Assembly: GCA_965153285.1 (NCBI GenBank)
Contig: OZ229111.1
Length of the DNA: 64,000 nucleotides
DNA from: Podarcis tiliguerta
Lineage: Eukaryota
Direction: 5' to 3' (one strand)
Made by a program: the position numbers and the translations under genes. The notes beneath the pieces are model-generated. The model made no database searches. It had not been told where the DNA came from and worked only from the letters and a program-made list of their open reading frames with translations. Positions 62,030 through 64,000 of the stretch are shown here, piece by piece (position 1 is the first letter of the stretch; every line of letters begins with the position of its first letter).

Positions 62030-62115
62030 CTCTGAGGGTTTCTTCTCCTTCTGCCTTGACCAACCGGATTTTGTATTTGGAATTTTGGAGCATCTTGAAG
62101 CTGATGTTGTCTGAC
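62030..62115 (-). CDS. JADE2: JADE2 internal coding exon (86 nt; ..GT QTTSASRCSKIPNTKSGWSRQKEKKPSE)
   Basis: Acceptor TTTTCGTTTGAAG| at 62116-62128 and donor GAG|GTAAGT (intron starts 62029). The peptide matches the recalled JADE2 N-terminus (SASRCSKLPSSTKSGWPRQNEKKPSE). It ends in phase 0 and joins VFRTDL of the next exon. Confidence 0.93.
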
Positions 62116-62453
62116 CTTCAAACGAAAACAAAATTCATTAAGATAACAATAGCAAGACTTCCATGAAGAAAAGTCTAATCACCATCTAACTGGTATCTAA
62201 CAAGAAATTTACAGTTCATTTGTTGAAGATTCTTCAGGACCTATGGACAGCAATCTGAACACCAACTGTGTTGCTGAGGAGAATAATTCAATGCACCAGA
62301 ACTTCTGAGAGAGCGACTGGGTGAAAGTTAGCAGAGGTATATAAACTGGTTCTACATGAGACCAGCAGCTTCGTTTTGCTCCTGTTGCCTCTTGTTTGAA
62401 TTATCTCTTTGCTAGATGCATTATTTGATTGGAAATATAGGTTTCTCCTAAAT

Positions 62454-62591
62454 CAGCCTTTCTCAACCTGTGGGTCCCCATATGTTGGTGAACTACAACT
62501 CCCATCATCCCTAGCTAGCAAGGCCGGAGCTCAAGGATGATGGGAGTTGTAGTCCAACAACATCTGGGGACCCACAGGTTGAGAACCACTG
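62454..62591. mobile_element. Palindromic hAT-Charlie-type MITE
   Basis: Near-complete hairpin TTCTCAACCTGTGGGTCCCCA..TGGGGACCCACAGGTTGAGAA with a perfect 8-bp TSD TCCTAAAT (62446-53, 62592-99). Confidence 0.9.
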
Positions 62592-62884
62592 TCCTAAATG
62601 ATGCTCTTGAATATCCTGTGTAGCTATTGTACTTCAAATGCTTCTAATTTGGATAAGCATCTGGGTCTTAAAAAAATACAAATCCAGGTGAAGCATCAAG
62701 TGTTGCTTCAGTTATGGGCTAGTAGCTTTAAGCCTAGTAAGAGTGGACAAACCTTAGTGGAAAGCTGAGGTTTTTAATTAGCTCTAACTCTTTGCTGGGT
62801 GATTCCTTCCTGCTTTCCCCCCTGTGCTAATCATATATCTCAGTCACTGTGAGCCAACCTATGCAGACCCAAAGTGAAGGATTC

Positions 62885-63069
62885 AACACAGCTAAGCAGA
62901 TTGCTCCATCATTGCAAGCATTTCCCAGGTCCAAGCCCCACAGGCGTCTCCAGGTAGGGCTGCATGACAGCCCTGCATGAAATCCTGGAGAACCACTGCC
63001 AGTCAATGTAGACAATACTGAGTTAGATGGAGAAATATAGATAAACTCAGTTTAAGGCAGCTTCCTATG
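62885..63069 (+). mobile_element. tRNA-headed squamate SINE (Squam3-like)
   Basis: CTCCAGGTAGGGCTG..CCTGGAGAACCACTGCCAGTCAATGTAGACAATACTGAG.TAGATGGA..AAGGCAGCTTCCTATG body, shared with 830-1012. Confidence 0.65.
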
Positions 63070-64000
63070 GTCCTGGGAGGAGTCTCTTGCTAGAGCAACT
63101 CCACTCAGGTGCTTTACCAAGTGACAAGAATGGCAGCTTTTAGACATGGTGAGGTCTACAATGAAGCAGCCCGGCAAGAGCCCTTGTAGCATCTCAAGTG
63201 TCATCAACAAGCCTTAATTTTATTGGTCATTGAAGTGTACTTCACATGAGGTGCTGAGTACTCACACAAGCAGTCACAGAATGAGTGGATTTTACAGGTT
63301 GCAGACATTCAAGGATTACAAACTGTTGTTAATTGTGTTAAGTCTCTTCTAATCCAATTTAAGATGCCAGCCAGGGTATTTGAAAAAACCATCCATTGTT
63401 ATGTGCTTCTGCTATTTAGAGGAAGGCCACAGAAACTTGCTCTTTTAGCTGTTGCTTTAAATAGTTTATGCAGAAGCTCTGTTCTGATCCTCTCTCAAGT
63501 GCTAGAGATCACACCTTTACAATTTTTTTAATGGCTCTCCATGCAGAGAGTCTGCAAAAAAAAAAAAAAAGAGGGGGGGGGGGGAAAGCTGCTGTTGCCA
63601 TTGCAGTAAAAGTCCCCGCAGGCTAAAAAGGTCCTTGTTGCTTGACTTGTTCCAATTAAATCATAACATAGAACCTTATGCTGCCATTTATCTCTTTTGG
63701 CTTTCTCGGTTCAGAATAAACTTGCTTTATTCTGTGGGTCAGGAGGGCAAACTTTCCCTCCCACGTGTCAACTCCTCCTTGAGTCTGACACTTATAAATC
63801 TGAATGGGTAGACAAACTCTTTGCCAGCATGCCGGCATGTGTAATGATGCACATACACTACCTCAAGGGGTAAAAGGCTATGGAAGTAATTCTATATAGG
63901 CCATGCTGAGGCCTACCCATGCATACTATTCTGAAAACATCTGTGTGGGGAAATCTAACCCAAAACCAAATGCAAGCCAATTTTTGTACTGTGTTGTTTA

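Overview
Vertebrate genomic DNA, almost certainly from a squamate and probably a lacertid lizard (inferred from Sauria SINEs and the MITE and L2 repeat content). The whole window lies inside the JADE2 (PHF15) gene on the minus strand. Three internal coding exons are present: 62115-62030, 39549-39392 and 7054-6885. All have canonical AG/GT sites and compatible phases, and they encode the N-terminal EPC/Epl1-like region. They are separated by introns of 22.5 kb and 32.3 kb. The start codon and the PHD-finger exons lie outside the window. The rest is intron, packed with Sauria SINEs, tRNA-derived SINEs, MIR, L2, CR1 and L1 fragments, Tc1/mariner and hAT MITEs with TSDs, a probable solo LTR and microsatellites. 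I see no prokaryote-type system or new protein-coding operon. The most unusual observations are: (1) a locally templated 25-bp inverted insertion at a SINE 5' junction; (2) a solo LTR that is open for 114 codons and encodes an Arg-rich motif, with its stop codon inside a strong splice donor; (3) inverted young SINE and MITE pairs flanking a JADE2 exon; (4) a perfect 20-bp palindrome made of two TCF/LEF sites; (5) decayed Penelope hammerhead remnants. Repeat family names come from pattern recognition, not from database searches.
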